Shown: one piece after another, positions 47,921 to 62,604 of the stretch
How positions within the stretch are numbered: position 1 is the first letter of the stretch
Layout: each line of letters opens with the position of its first letter
Origin: Acidobacteriota bacterium
GTDB taxonomy: Bacteria > Acidobacteriota > Polarisedimenticolia > Polarisedimenticolales > JBBIHH01
DNA length: 64,000 nucleotides
Direction of reading: 5' to 3'
Assembly: GCA_037447115.1 (NCBI GenBank)
Contig: JBBIHH010000002.1
Span: forward strand, 35,817-99,816
Program-made: the position numbers and the translations under genes
Notes under the pieces: model-generated
The model's input: only the letters and a program-made list of their open reading frames with translations
What the model was told of the DNA's origin: nothing
Databases searched by the model: none

Positions 47921-50347
47921 ATGGGCGCGCACGCCAACGGGATCCCCCTCGACCTCGGGGGCGGTCGCCTCGAGGGCCTTTCCTTTCCCGAGCTTCTGTG
48001 GGGCCTGTGCCGCGCCGGGGCCACCGGGGTTCTCGAGCTCCAGCACGACGGCTGGCGCAAGCGGATTTTCATCGAGAAAGGCCGCGTCGTCTTCGCCGCC
48101 TCCTCCAACCCGGACGATCGGCTGGGGGAGACGCTGTTGCGCGAGGAATGGATCACCCTGGAGCAGCTCGAGCGAGCGGTGGAACGCCTCGGCTCGGGCC
48201 GGCGGTTGGGCACGCTGCTCGTCGAACAAGGGGCGATCACCCCGCACGATCTGGTGCAGGCCGTCGTGATGCAGGTGAAACGGATCGTCCTCGACCTGTT
48301 CGTCGCGGAGGAAGGCGCGTACCGTTTTCATGAGGGTCCGCTCCCCAACGACGAGCTCATCACGCTCGGGATGCGCACGGGGGATCTGCTGCTCGAGGGG
48401 ATGCGGCGGATTCGCTCTTTCACGCGGATGCGGCGCGCCGTCGGGCCTCCCGGCACGCGCTACCGCCTGAGCAAGAACTGGAGCGCCAGCCTCGAAGGCC
48501 TGGAGCTCAGCGCCGGCGAGCGTTCCTTGCTGCAGCAACTCGATGCCCGCGGACGCAGCGTCGAGGAGCTGTGCCGCGAGGCGCTGCTCTCCAACTTCGA
48601 GACCTACCAGACGCTGTGGGCGTTCCGCATCCTCGGGGTCGTCGAGGAGGTGGCACCCGATCCGGCCCACGCCGGCTCGCTGCGCCAGGGCTCCCTGGGT
48701 CCGGAGGGAATCCTCCCGGTCCTCATCGATCTCTGCCGCAAGCACGAGGAAGGGGTGCTCTATCTTTCCCGGGGCCAGCGGGAGCGGGCACTGTATCTGC
48801 GCGACGGACGCTGCCTGTTCGCCCGCAGCGGAAGCCTGGACGACGGCCTGGTGGCGCATCTGCTCCGCCGCGGTGTGATTTCTCTCGAGGATCGCGAGGA
48901 GGTGGGCAAGCGTCTGCTCTCCAACAAGCGCGTGGGCCAGATCCTGCAGGACATGGGCGTGCTCACCCACGAGGAGCTCGTGGACGTGGTGCGCGAGCAA
49001 CTGCGAGAGATCATCTTGGATTGCCTCCAGTGGTCCGAGGGGGTGTACGCCTTCGTGGCCGAGCCCCTGCCCACGCGCGAGGAGATCGTCCTCGACTGGT
49101 CGCTGGAGGATCTGGTGTTGGCGGGCATCCGCCGCGTCACCTCGTGGCGCAGGGTGGCGCAGGGTTGCGGGCTCGGGGAAGGTCCGCTGGCCCTCACGCC
49201 TTCCTACCTCGAGGTCCTCGACCGCATGCAGATCGGGGACGAGGAGTGGCGTATCGTGGCCGCGCTGCGCGAGCCGGCGGAGGTGCGCGAGATCTGCCGC
49301 AGCCGGGGCCTGCCGGCCTTCCGCGTGTGCCAAGTCCTCTGGGCCCTGAGGCTCCTGGGCGCCGTGGCCCCCGCCGCGGAGGTGGCCGCCGGCGTGCTCG
49401 GGTCGCCCCTCGTGGAGGCGCGCCCGGCGGCGGACGGGGCGCCTGCCTGGTCCGGCGAAGTCGCGGCGGGCAGCTCCGGCATGGCCCTCCCGCGCGGGGA
49501 AGCGATAGAGCCGGCGGATCCGGGAGCCGAAGGGGAGTTCGAAGTCGCGTCCGCCGAGCGGGAGATCGAGCCTCCCGCGGCGCCCTCGGGCGCCGAAGGC
49601 CCCGCCGAGGCCTCCCGCCGCGAGACGCAGGTCCTGCCCTGCGAGTGCGCCGAAGCGGCCAGCGCGCCCGAGGAGCCTTCGGCCGTGGGGGCGGCCGAGA
49701 GAAGGGAAGGCGCAGCCGCGGACCTTCGTGAGATCGAGGCGGCGCCGAGCCGGGACGGCCCGGAGGGACAGTCCGCCTACCATTCGCGCGAGGAGGCATG
49801 GCCGCAAGCTCGGGCGACCCCCATCGAGGATCGCGCGCTCCGCGAGGCGGTGTGCGGGCGCGAAGAGCGGTCCGAGGACGATCTGTCCGCGGCCGTGAGG
49901 ACGACTCGCCTGCGGCCGGAGGAAATCGAGGCGGCGCTCGCAACCGGGCCGGCAGGCCCGGAGCCGGAGGCGCGGAGCCCGGGCGGCTCGGGGGCGAGCC
50001 CGCCGGAAGCGCCTGCGGATCTCGAGCCGCTGATCGAGCGCTTCAACGAGATGCAGCGGGTGCTGTTCCGCAGCATCCGTGCCGAGATCGGGGCTGGCGC
50101 CTTCAACTTCGTGCGTTCCTGCGGCGGGCGCGTGGAGGGCACTCTTTTTGCGCGCGTCGGTCTCGGCCCCGACGGCGCGTGGGACCCCCAGGGCCTCAAG
50201 CAAGCGCTGCTCGAAGCAGGCGTGCCCCAGCCCTGGACGTGTTTCGAGCGGCTGATCGAAGAGGAACTCCGCCGCCTGGAGGTCCACCTGGGGCAGGCGC
50301 GCGTGGCGGGACTGCGGGAGCGCTTGCTAGACCGCTCGCTCTCCTGA
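47921..50347 (+). CDS. large DUF4388-repeat protein with an acidic low-complexity linker
   Basis: Track ORF 47843..50347 trimmed to the ATG at 47921 (GGGGAG upstream). It has two DUF4388-like modules (GRLEGLSFPELLWGLCRAGATGVLEL...RLGETLL..ITLEQLERA and ILPVLIDLCRKHEEGVLYL...VGQILQDMGVLTHEEL). A ~200-aa Ala/Glu/Pro-rich region and a C-terminal globular part follow. Confidence 0.7.
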   Translation: MGAHANGIPLDLGGGRLEGLSFPELLWGLCRAGATGVLELQHDGWRKRIFIEKGRVVFAASSNPDDRLGETLLREEWITLEQLERAVERLGSGRRLGTLLVEQGAITPHDLVQAVVMQVKRIVLDLFVAEEGAYRFHEGPLPNDELITLGMRTGDLLLEGMRRIRSFTRMRRAVGPPGTRYRLSKNWSASLEGLELSAGERSLLQQLDARGRSVEELCREALLSNFETYQTLWAFRILGVVEEVAPDPAHAGSLRQGSLGPEGILPVLIDLCRKHEEGVLYLSRGQRERALYLRDGRCLFARSGSLDDGLVAHLLRRGVISLEDREEVGKRLLSNKRVGQILQDMGVLTHEELVDVVREQLREIILDCLQWSEGVYAFVAEPLPTREEIVLDWSLEDLVLAGIRRVTSWRRVAQGCGLGEGPLALTPSYLEVLDRMQIGDEEWRIVAALREPAEVREICRSRGLPAFRVCQVLWALRLLGAVAPAAEVAAGVLGSPLVEARPAADGAPAWSGEVAAGSSGMALPRGEAIEPADPGAEGEFEVASAEREIEPPAAPSGAEGPAEASRRETQVLPCECAEAASAPEEPSAVGAAERREGAAADLREIEAAPSRDGPEGQSAYHSREEAWPQARATPIEDRALREAVCGREERSEDDLSAAVRTTRLRPEEIEAALATGPAGPEPEARSPGGSGASPPEAPADLEPLIERFNEMQRVLFRSIRAEIGAGAFNFVRSCGGRVEGTLFARVGLGPDGAWDPQGLKQALLEAGVPQPWTCFERLIEEELRRLEVHLGQARVAGLRERLLDRSLS

Positions 50348-50773
50348 GTAGACGTCCTCGTCGTCGGCCTCGTCCTCGCTGCGGTAGACGGGCGCCACCG
50401 GCAGCCCGGGACCCTCGGAGGCGGGCTCGGTCCTCCCCTCAGGCGTCAGCGGCCCTCCTTCCGCGGGCGCGACCTCGGAAGGGACCGCCGCCGGGGACGG
50501 CGTGCGCAGGGTGCGCAGTTCCGCTTCGAGCCGCTGCACCTCGCGCCTCAGCCTGCAGTTGGCGAGCCAGAGCTGCGTGCCCTGCGCGACGCCGATCAGG
50601 CCGGCGTAGACGATGCCGGCGAGCAGGGCGAGGACGACGATCAGATGCAGCGACACGCCCTCGTAGCGCGTGTTCCACAGCGTGACGTCGGCGCGCACGT
50701 CCAGGTTCATCATCACGAAGCCCAAGAAGCCCAGCATCAGCAACGCGGACAGGGCGATGACCAGAAGACGCAT
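50327..50773 (-). CDS. LapA-domain (LPS assembly protein A-like) membrane protein
   Basis: Track ORF 50327..51010 trimmed to the ATG at 50773. It has two TM helices (MRLLVIALSALLMLGFLGFVMMN..., SLHLIVVLALLAGIVYAGLIG), then a coiled coil and an acidic tail. It overlaps the DUF4388 gene convergently by 21 nt. Confidence 0.6.
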   Translation of the reverse strand: MRLLVIALSALLMLGFLGFVMMNLDVRADVTLWNTRYEGVSLHLIVVLALLAGIVYAGLIGVAQGTQLWLANCRLRREVQRLEAELRTLRTPSPAAVPSEVAPAEGGPLTPEGRTEPASEGPGLPVAPVYRSEDEADDEDVYSGERAV

Positions 50774-50778
50774 GGTCC

Positions 50779-51351
50779 TCACTCCTCGGGGGGCGCATCG
50801 TGCCCCAGGTACTGCGCCGCCACGCGCTCCCAGTGGCCCTGCGCCTGCAGCAACAGCTCGAGGGTCTCCCGCACGGCCCCCGCGCCGCCCGGACAGCGGG
50901 TGACCCAATGCGCCCAGCCGCGCACCCGCGCGTCGGCGTCCGCAGGCGCGACCGCGAGCCCGACGCGCCGCAGGACGGGCGCATCCACGAGATCGTCGCC
51001 GATGTAGCACACGGCCTCGTCGGCCAACCCCAGGCGCCGCGCGATGTCCTCGTAGCGGCGTAGCTTGTCCAGCACTCCCTGGTGCACTTCCTCGATCGCC
51101 AGCTCGCGGGCCCGCGCCTCGACGGCGGCGCAGCGCCGGCCGGACAGAATGCCGAGCCGCAAGCCAGCGCGCTGCGCCAGGCGGATGCCATGGCCGTCGC
51201 GGACGCTGAACGCACGGCCCTCCGCCCCGTCGGAGAAGGCATAGATGCGGCCGTCCGTGAGCACCCCGTCCACGTCCATCAGCACGAAGCGCACGCGTCG
51301 CGCCCGCGCGACCACAGCTTCCGGAACCGCGAGATCGGCCGCCGAGCTCAC
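50779..51351 (-). CDS. kdsC: 3-deoxy-D-manno-octulosonate 8-phosphate phosphatase
   Basis: 190-aa track ORF with a GTG start. HAD motifs are present: LMDVDGVLTDG, SGR and IGDDLVD. Confidence 0.85.
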   Translation of the reverse strand: MSSAADLAVPEAVVARARRVRFVLMDVDGVLTDGRIYAFSDGAEGRAFSVRDGHGIRLAQRAGLRLGILSGRRCAAVEARARELAIEEVHQGVLDKLRRYEDIARRLGLADEAVCYIGDDLVDAPVLRRVGLAVAPADADARVRGWAHWVTRCPGGAGAVRETLELLLQAQGHWERVAAQYLGHDAPPEE

Positions 51352-51361
51352 GAAGAAGCCC

Positions 51362-52342
51362 TCAGAACAGCTGCGTGCGCCACAGGTCGTGGATCTGGAT
51401 CACGCCCTGGAGGCGCCCGTCGGATTCGACGACCGGCAGCGAGGTGATCTTGCGCTGCTCCATGATGCGCAGGGCCTCGGTGGCCAGTGCATCCGGCGCG
51501 ATGGTGACCGGTGCGCGCGTCATCGCCTCCCCGGCCGTGCCGGCCAGAGGGCGCTCGGTGCGCAGCAGCCGCCGGCGCAAGTCCCCGTCGGTCAGCACCC
51601 CCACGAGTTGTCCGGTGTCGTTGACCACGCAGGTCATGCCGAGTCGTTTGGCGGACATTTCGCGGACCGTGTCCGCCATGCTCGTGGTTTCCCGCACGAC
51701 GGGAATCTGTTCCCCGACGTGCATGAGCTGCGCCACGCGTACCAGACGCCGGCCCAGCCGGCCGCCGGGGTGGTAGCGGGCGAACTCCTTGGGCGAGAAG
51801 CCCCGCCGTTCGCAGCAGGCCACGACCAGGGCGTCCCCCATGGCCATCGCCGCCGTCGTCGAGGCGGTGGGCAGGAGATCGAGGCTGCACGCTTCGCGCG
51901 AGACGGCGATGTCGAGGTGGACGTCCGCGTGGCGGGCGAGCGTGCTCTCCCGGTTGCCGCTCATGGCGACGACACCGGTGCCGAGCCGCCGCAGCAGCTC
52001 GACGAGCCTGACGATCTCCTCGGTCTCCCCGGAGTAGGAGAGGATGAGCGTCACGTCGCCGGGAACGATCATCCCCAGGTCCCCGTGCACGGCCTCCGCC
52101 GGGTGCATGAAGTAAGAGGGCATGCCGGTGGAGGTGAAGGTGGCCGCGATCTTCTGCGCCACGATGCCGGATTTTCCCATGCCGCTGACGATGATGCGCC
52201 CGCCGCAGGAGACGAGCAGCTCCACGGCGCGCTCGAAGCTCTCGTCGAGCCGCTGCGCGAGCTGCGCCACGGCCCGGCTCTCCGTTTCCAGAACCCGCCG
52301 TGCCGTTTCCCGTGCCGAAGCCTCCCTCACAGGGGCCATCAT
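51362..52342 (-). CDS. kdsD: arabinose-5-phosphate isomerase (SIS + 2 CBS domains)
   Basis: Internal ATG at 52342 within track ORF 51362..53077. The sequence reads GRIIVSGMGKSGIVAQKIAATFTSTG, followed by a CBS pair at the C-terminus. Confidence 0.9.
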   Translation of the reverse strand: MMAPVREASARETARRVLETESRAVAQLAQRLDESFERAVELLVSCGGRIIVSGMGKSGIVAQKIAATFTSTGMPSYFMHPAEAVHGDLGMIVPGDVTLILSYSGETEEIVRLVELLRRLGTGVVAMSGNRESTLARHADVHLDIAVSREACSLDLLPTASTTAAMAMGDALVVACCERRGFSPKEFARYHPGGRLGRRLVRVAQLMHVGEQIPVVRETTSMADTVREMSAKRLGMTCVVNDTGQLVGVLTDGDLRRRLLRTERPLAGTAGEAMTRAPVTIAPDALATEALRIMEQRKITSLPVVESDGRLQGVIQIHDLWRTQLF

Positions 52343-52824
52343 AACGCAGGCCGTCCCGGCGGCTCGTCGGGGACGGGCGACACGCTCAAGCCCAGCCGGT
52401 CGGGGGGGCGGAGGGCGGGCCACCCTACGCCGGGGCCGAGAGCGGCCACCAACCGCCACGCTCCTTGCTCGTCCCGTTCGAGCTGAAAGGAAAAGCGCGC
52501 CCGCCCTCCCCCGGCGAGCCCGACCTCCACATCGAGCACCCGGCGCCCCAGGCTCTCGAGCGAGCTCTTGCGGACGATCCGCCAGTCCCGCGCCGCTCCG
52601 AGCGCTTGGAGCAACCGCTCCGCCCCGAGCGGGTCCCGCGCGTAGCGAGAGGCGTCGAAAAGCGCCTCCGCTTCGGGCCCCCTCGCGCCGCTCCGGGCGA
52701 GGGCCACGGCCCGCGCCACGGCCTGCTCGGGGTCTGCCGGCGGGGCCTCCTCGAGCGGTCCGCTCCCGCAAGCCGTGCCGACGAGCGTCAGTGCCATCGC
52801 GACCAGCCGGCGGGTGCCGCGCAC
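52339..52824 (-). CDS. hypothetical lipoprotein
   Basis: 161-aa track ORF with a GTG start. It has a signal peptide plus lipobox (LTLVGTAC). It overlaps the kdsD start by 4 nt, and I recognise no family. Confidence 0.55.
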   Translation of the reverse strand: MRGTRRLVAMALTLVGTACGSGPLEEAPPADPEQAVARAVALARSGARGPEAEALFDASRYARDPLGAERLLQALGAARDWRIVRKSSLESLGRRVLDVEVGLAGGGRARFSFQLERDEQGAWRLVAALGPGVGWPALRPPDRLGLSVSPVPDEPPGRPAL

Positions 52825-52827
52825 GGC

Positions 52828-57628
<4,801 letters not shown>

Positions 57629-57783
57629 CCGCTCCACCCCCGCATGGTAGCGTGCCCCGCGGCGCCACGCCCGGGGCGGCCGGCGCTGTGGGGTGCAAGA
57701 AACGTACCCCGCGCTTGCCGGCGGGGGGCTGCTTTCATTAGGATGGGCAGGGCCGGATCCTCCGGCAGTAAAGGGGGCCCGCG

Positions 57784-59220
57784 GTGGCCCGCGGCCGATC
57801 GAGAGCACCCGCCGACCGGACGCGCCCGCTGTGGCCGTTTTTGCTCGTGGCGGGCGCGCTGGCTGTGCTCGGTCTCGCCCTCGAGGTGTACCTGCCTCCC
57901 GGGGCGGCCAGCGGGGCGGCCTACACCCTGCTGGTGTTGCTGGGGCTGCGGGCGCCGCGCGCGGGTTACATTCCCGCCGCCGCCGCTGCGGCCACGCTCT
58001 TGACGATCCTCGGCGGCTTCATCCGTGCCGGCGAGGACCAGCTCCCGGTCGATGCCATCAACCGCGGCGTCACCGTGGCCGCCGTGTGGCTCATCGCCGG
58101 ACTGCTCGCACGCTTCCGGCGCGCGGAGGACGACACGCGCCGCACGCTGAAGGAGCTGTCGGATTTCAAGTTCGCCCTGGACCAGGCCGCCATCGTGGCC
58201 ATCACGGACCGCCGCGGCATCATCACCTACGCCAACGACAAGTTCTGCGAGATCAGCAAGTACCGGCGCGAAGAGCTGCTCGGGCAGGATCATCGGATCG
58301 TGAATTCCGGCTACCATCCCAAGGAGTTCATGCGCGATCTGTGGCGCACGATCGGCAGCGGCCGCGTCTGGCGCGGGGAGATCCGCAATCGCGCCAAGGA
58401 CGGGACGTACTACTGGGTGGATACGACCATCGTGCCGTTTCTCGACGAACGCGGCCGACCCTACCGCTACCTCGCCATTCGCGCCGATATCACCGAGCGC
58501 AAACGCGCCGAGCAGGAATTGCGCCGGCAAGAAGCGCTGGCGCAGTTGGGCCAGCTCGCGGCGGTGGTGGCCCACGAGGTCAAGAACCCTCTCGCGGGCA
58601 TCGCGGGAGCGATCGAGGTCATCGGCTCCCGCCTGCCCGAGACGAACCCGGACCGGGCGGTGGTCCGCACGATCCTGGAGCGCATCGAAGCCCTCAACCG
58701 CCGGCTGCAGGACGTGCTGCGCTTCGCGCGCCCGCGGCCTCCGCAGAGAGGCCCGGTGCGGTTGCTCCCGCTGCTGCGGGAAACCGCGAGCCTGCTGGAG
58801 CGGGATCCGGGGCTGTCCGAGGTCCGCGTCCGTCTGGAGGGCGAGGACGCCCGCATCGCGGGCGACGCGGAGCAGTTGCGGGACCTTTTCCTCAACCTGC
58901 TGCTCAACGCCGCCCAAGCCATGGAAGGCCGGGGCGAGATCCACGTGAGAGTCGGCTGCGCTCGCGGGCGCTGCACGGTGGAGATCCTCGACCAGGGTCC
59001 GGGGATTCCGCGGGAGATCGCGGCGCGGGTGTTCGAGCCGTTCTTCACGACCAAGAGCCAGGGCACGGGCCTGGGGCTGGCGATCGCGAGGCGGGTGGTC
59101 GAGGACCACGAGGGGAGCATCCACATCGGCTCCGGCCCCCGCGGGGGGACGTTGGTGCGGGTGGAACTTCCCGCCGCCCCGCTGCCGGTGCCCGCGGCGG
59201 CCGCCGGGAGCGAGCGATGA
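57784..59220 (+). CDS. membrane-anchored PAS-domain sensor histidine kinase
   Basis: 478-aa track ORF with a GTG start. It has N-terminal TM segments and a PAS domain (IVAITDRRGIITYANDKFCEISKY). The H-box reads VAHEVKNPL, and the ATPase N/G boxes read NLLLNAAQA and GTGLGLAI. Confidence 0.88.
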   Translation: MARGRSRAPADRTRPLWPFLLVAGALAVLGLALEVYLPPGAASGAAYTLLVLLGLRAPRAGYIPAAAAAATLLTILGGFIRAGEDQLPVDAINRGVTVAAVWLIAGLLARFRRAEDDTRRTLKELSDFKFALDQAAIVAITDRRGIITYANDKFCEISKYRREELLGQDHRIVNSGYHPKEFMRDLWRTIGSGRVWRGEIRNRAKDGTYYWVDTTIVPFLDERGRPYRYLAIRADITERKRAEQELRRQEALAQLGQLAAVVAHEVKNPLAGIAGAIEVIGSRLPETNPDRAVVRTILERIEALNRRLQDVLRFARPRPPQRGPVRLLPLLRETASLLERDPGLSEVRVRLEGEDARIAGDAEQLRDLFLNLLLNAAQAMEGRGEIHVRVGCARGRCTVEILDQGPGIPREIAARVFEPFFTTKSQGTGLGLAIARRVVEDHEGSIHIGSGPRGGTLVRVELPAAPLPVPAAAAGSER

Positions 59221-59370
59221 GTGGGGAAAATTTCGCCCCCGTCCGGGGATTTTCCGCGGCGGGTGTCCGGGGGACGGCGGGCCCGAACTCGGACGCAGAC
59301 AGGCGCGCGCCGTGCTTGCACGCGGCGAGCTCGGGTAGCGGTTTCGGGCACCATGGCGGAGGGTCGCGCG

Positions 59371-59823
59371 ATGGCTCGCATTAAAAAGATCCTGGTGACG
59401 ACGGATTTCTCCGACCTGTCGCGTCGAGCGTTTCCCTGGGCGCGGATGCTGGCGCAGACCTTCGAGGCCCGCGTGCTGCTCGTCTACGTCGAGGAGGATC
59501 GCCTGCCCCCGCTCGCGGGAGATCTCTCCGGGGTGCAGCTCCAGCAGATTCTCGATGCCCATCGCAAGCGCGCGGAGGAGGAGCTTCGGCGGATGGCGGC
59601 GGCCGACTTCCCCGGCGGGATCGCCGTCGAGACGCGGGTGCCCACGGGGGTGCCGCACAGGGAGATCGTGAGGCTCGCCCGAGAGGAGGGGGTGGATCTG
59701 ATCGTCATGGCCACGCACGGCCGGGGCTTTCTGGCTCACGCGCTTTTCGGCTCGACGACGGAGCGGGTGCTGCGCCACGCCCCCTGCCCGGTGCTCACTA
59801 TGCGGGCCCCCGAGGAGGCGTGA
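59371..59823 (+). CDS. universal stress protein (UspA family)
   Basis: Internal ATG at 59371 (GGAGGG upstream; alternative at 59353) within track ORF 59221..59823. The sequence reads KILVTTDFS..., DLIVMATHGRG....GSTTERVLRHAPCPVL. Confidence 0.85.
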   Translation: MARIKKILVTTDFSDLSRRAFPWARMLAQTFEARVLLVYVEEDRLPPLAGDLSGVQLQQILDAHRKRAEEELRRMAAADFPGGIAVETRVPTGVPHREIVRLAREEGVDLIVMATHGRGFLAHALFGSTTERVLRHAPCPVLTMRAPEEA

Positions 59824-59829
59824 GGGATC

Positions 59830-60906
59830 ATGGCGCACCGGGCCGCGCCCCCGGATCTGCAACGCCCGCTCCCCTCGGTGCAGGCGCTCTACGCGCAGCT
59901 CCGCTCGAAGCTCGAACGGATCGTCCCCGACTTCGAGCTGCGGCTCAAGGCGGAGGTGGCCCACGAGGTGCTGCGCCTGAAACAGGAGCGCAACGCCGTG
60001 ATCCTGGCCCACAACTACATGGAACCGGCGTTGTTCCACTCCGTACCCGATTTCACGGGGGATTCCTTGGAGCTCAGTCGCCGGGCGGCCGCGACGGACC
60101 GGGACGTGATCGTCTTCTGCGGCGTGCGCTTCATGGCGGAGACGGCCAAGATCCTCAACCCGGGCAAGACGGTCCTGTTGCCGGCCGAGCGAGCGGGCTG
60201 CTCGCTCGCGGAGAGCATTACCGCGGAGGACGTGCGCCGGCTCCGGCGGCGCTTTCCCGGAATACCCGTCGTCGCCTACATCAACACCTACGCCGAAGTG
60301 AAGGCGGAGGCGGACATCTGCTGCACGTCGAGCAACGCGGCGACCGTCGTCGAGGCATTGGGGGCGCAGACCGTGATCTTCGTCCCGGACGAGTTCCTCG
60401 GGAGCAACGTGGCCCGCGAGACGGGCCGGCGGGTCATCGTGCCGCGGCGGGAGGCCCCCGAAGAGGTCCAGGTATTCGAGGGCCCCGCGCTGGTGGGCTG
60501 GCCCGGGCGCTGCGAGGTGCACGAGAAATTCACGGTGCAAGACATCGAGAACGTGCGCCGTCAGTTTCCGGACGTGGTGATCCTGGCGCATCCGGAGTGC
60601 AGCCCCGAGGTCGTGGCGGCGGCGGACTTCGCCGGCGGCACAGGCGCCATGATCCGCTACGTGCAGGAGAGCCCGGCGCCGCGTTACCTGCTGCTCACCG
60701 AATGCGCCATGGGAGACAACATCGCCGCGGCCAATCCGCACAAGGAGATGCTGCGGCTGTGCAGTGTCCGCTGCCCGCACATGAACGAGATCACCCTCGA
60801 GGATACCCGGGACGCCCTGCGCTACAACCGCTACGTGATCGAGGTGCCCTCGCCGATCCGCGAGCGCGCCGCCCGCGCCCTCGAGCGCATGCTGGCCATC
60901 GGGTGA
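59830..60906 (+). CDS. nadA: quinolinate synthase
   Basis: 358-aa track ORF. The sequence reads ILAHNYM, FCGVRFMAETAKIL and AYINTYAEVKA, and the Cys ligands are spaced as in NadA. Confidence 0.93.
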   Translation: MAHRAAPPDLQRPLPSVQALYAQLRSKLERIVPDFELRLKAEVAHEVLRLKQERNAVILAHNYMEPALFHSVPDFTGDSLELSRRAAATDRDVIVFCGVRFMAETAKILNPGKTVLLPAERAGCSLAESITAEDVRRLRRRFPGIPVVAYINTYAEVKAEADICCTSSNAATVVEALGAQTVIFVPDEFLGSNVARETGRRVIVPRREAPEEVQVFEGPALVGWPGRCEVHEKFTVQDIENVRRQFPDVVILAHPECSPEVVAAADFAGGTGAMIRYVQESPAPRYLLLTECAMGDNIAAANPHKEMLRLCSVRCPHMNEITLEDTRDALRYNRYVIEVPSPIRERAARALERMLAIG

Positions 60907-60913
60907 GCGTCGC

Positions 60914-62545
60914 GTGGAAGCCGATGTCCTGATCCTCGGATGCGGTATCGCCGGAGCCACGGCTGCCCTCGAGCTCTCGCGCGACCGCGAGCGGCAGATC
61001 CTCGTCGCCACGCGCGGGACGGATCCTCTCGACTCCAACTCCACGCTCGCGCAGGGCGGGATCGCCACGGTGGGCGCAGACGACACGCCGGAGCTTCTCG
61101 CCGGGGACATCCTGCGAGCCGCGGCGGGGCTCGGCTATCCGCCCGCGGTGGAGATCCTGGCGCGCGAGGGTCCGCAGCGGCTCGAGCGAATCCTCGTCCA
61201 GGGGGCAGGCGTGGCGTTCGACACCGAGGCCGGGGGCGCTCCCGCCTTCGGCCTGGAGGCGGCGCACTCCCGCAGGCGCGTCCTCCATGTGGGGGACAGG
61301 ACGGGGCGGGCGATCATGGAGCGGCTGCTCGCACAGTTGCGCGGCGCCCCCAACGTCACCCTGCTCCCGGCGCACACGGCGGTCGATCTTCTCACCTTCC
61401 CCCACCATGCGCGCGATCCCCTCGCCACGTACCGGCCTGCGCGCTGTCACGGGGCCTACCTGCTCGACCAGAGCCTCGGCTGCGTGGTGGCGGTCCGCGC
61501 GGCATGGACCGTCCTGGCCACGGGCGGTCTCGGGCAGATCTTCCTCCACACGAGCAATCCTCCGGGAGCGCGCGGCGACGGCCTGGCCATGGCCTACCGC
61601 GCCGGCGCGCGGGTGGCGAACGCCGAGTACGTCCAGTTCCATCCCACCGCGCTGCACATGCCGGGCCCGACCAAGTTCCTGATCAGCGAGGCGGTGCGCG
61701 GGGAGGGGGCGGTGCTGCTGACCCCGCACGGCGAGCGCTTCATGGAGCGCTACGACCCCGAGCGCCTCGAGCTCGCCCCCCGCGACATCGTGGCGCGGGC
61801 CATCTACCGGGAGATGCTCGAGCACGGGTACCCCTACGTGCTGCTGGATATCGCGTCGCGCCGCCCTCCGGGGTTCGTTCGCGAGCGTTTCCCTGCTATC
61901 CATCGCGCTTGCCTGGAGCACAACCTGGACATCACGCGCCAGCCCATCCCGGTGATTCCCGTGGCCCACTACTTCTGCGGCGGTGTCCTCGTGGACGATC
62001 GCGGGCGCAGCTCCCTCGAGGGTCTGTTCGCGGTGGGGGAGGTGGCGTGCACGGGAGTGCACGGGGCGAACCGGCTCGCGAGCACCTCGCTGCTCGAGGG
62101 CGTCGTATGGGGTTCACGTGCGGCGGAGGCGATCCGCGAGGCAGGGGTGCGCAGACCCGTGAAGGCGTCCGAGGTGCCCGCGTGGGACGACAGCGGGTTG
62201 ATCTACGACGCCGACCCGGCGCTCGTGCAGAGCGATATGCAGGCGATTCGCAACTTGATGTGGCACTACGTGGGCCTCCTCCGCAGCGGCTACCGCCTGG
62301 AGCGTGCGATCCGCGAGCTGCGGGATCTCTGGCTCAACATCGAGGATTTCTACAAGCGGGCCCGGCTGACCGACGGTCTCGTGGGGCTGCGCAACGCCGT
62401 GCAGGCGGGCTTGATCGTGGCCCGGGCGGCCCTGCGCAATCGCACGAGCCGCGGGTGCCACTACCGGGAGGACTCCCGCCCTTCGCCACCCGGGTGGGAG
62501 GTTGCCGCGCCGCCCGAGGAGAGCTCCCAGCCCTGGTCGCCTTGA
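60914..62545 (+). CDS. nadB: L-aspartate oxidase
   Basis: 543-aa track ORF with a GTG start. It has the FAD motif DVLILGCGIAGATAA, and also reads QGGIA, HPTAL and GANRLASTSLLEG. Confidence 0.93.
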   Translation: MEADVLILGCGIAGATAALELSRDRERQILVATRGTDPLDSNSTLAQGGIATVGADDTPELLAGDILRAAAGLGYPPAVEILAREGPQRLERILVQGAGVAFDTEAGGAPAFGLEAAHSRRRVLHVGDRTGRAIMERLLAQLRGAPNVTLLPAHTAVDLLTFPHHARDPLATYRPARCHGAYLLDQSLGCVVAVRAAWTVLATGGLGQIFLHTSNPPGARGDGLAMAYRAGARVANAEYVQFHPTALHMPGPTKFLISEAVRGEGAVLLTPHGERFMERYDPERLELAPRDIVARAIYREMLEHGYPYVLLDIASRRPPGFVRERFPAIHRACLEHNLDITRQPIPVIPVAHYFCGGVLVDDRGRSSLEGLFAVGEVACTGVHGANRLASTSLLEGVVWGSRAAEAIREAGVRRPVKASEVPAWDDSGLIYDADPALVQSDMQAIRNLMWHYVGLLRSGYRLERAIRELRDLWLNIEDFYKRARLTDGLVGLRNAVQAGLIVARAALRNRTSRGCHYREDSRPSPPGWEVAAPPEESSQPWSP

Positions 62546-62553
62546 GCGGTTCC

Positions 62554-62577
62554 GGGGCCCGTACGCACTTCGGGCCC
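62554..62577 (+). terminator. weak hairpin between the convergent nadB and sulfotransferase genes
   Basis: GGGCCCG-tacgcactt-CGGGCCC is followed by tggttctgt. The stem is short and the T-tract is poor. Confidence 0.3.
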
Positions 62578-62604
62578 TGGTTCTGTCAGGGCTCGCGCCG
62601 CACC

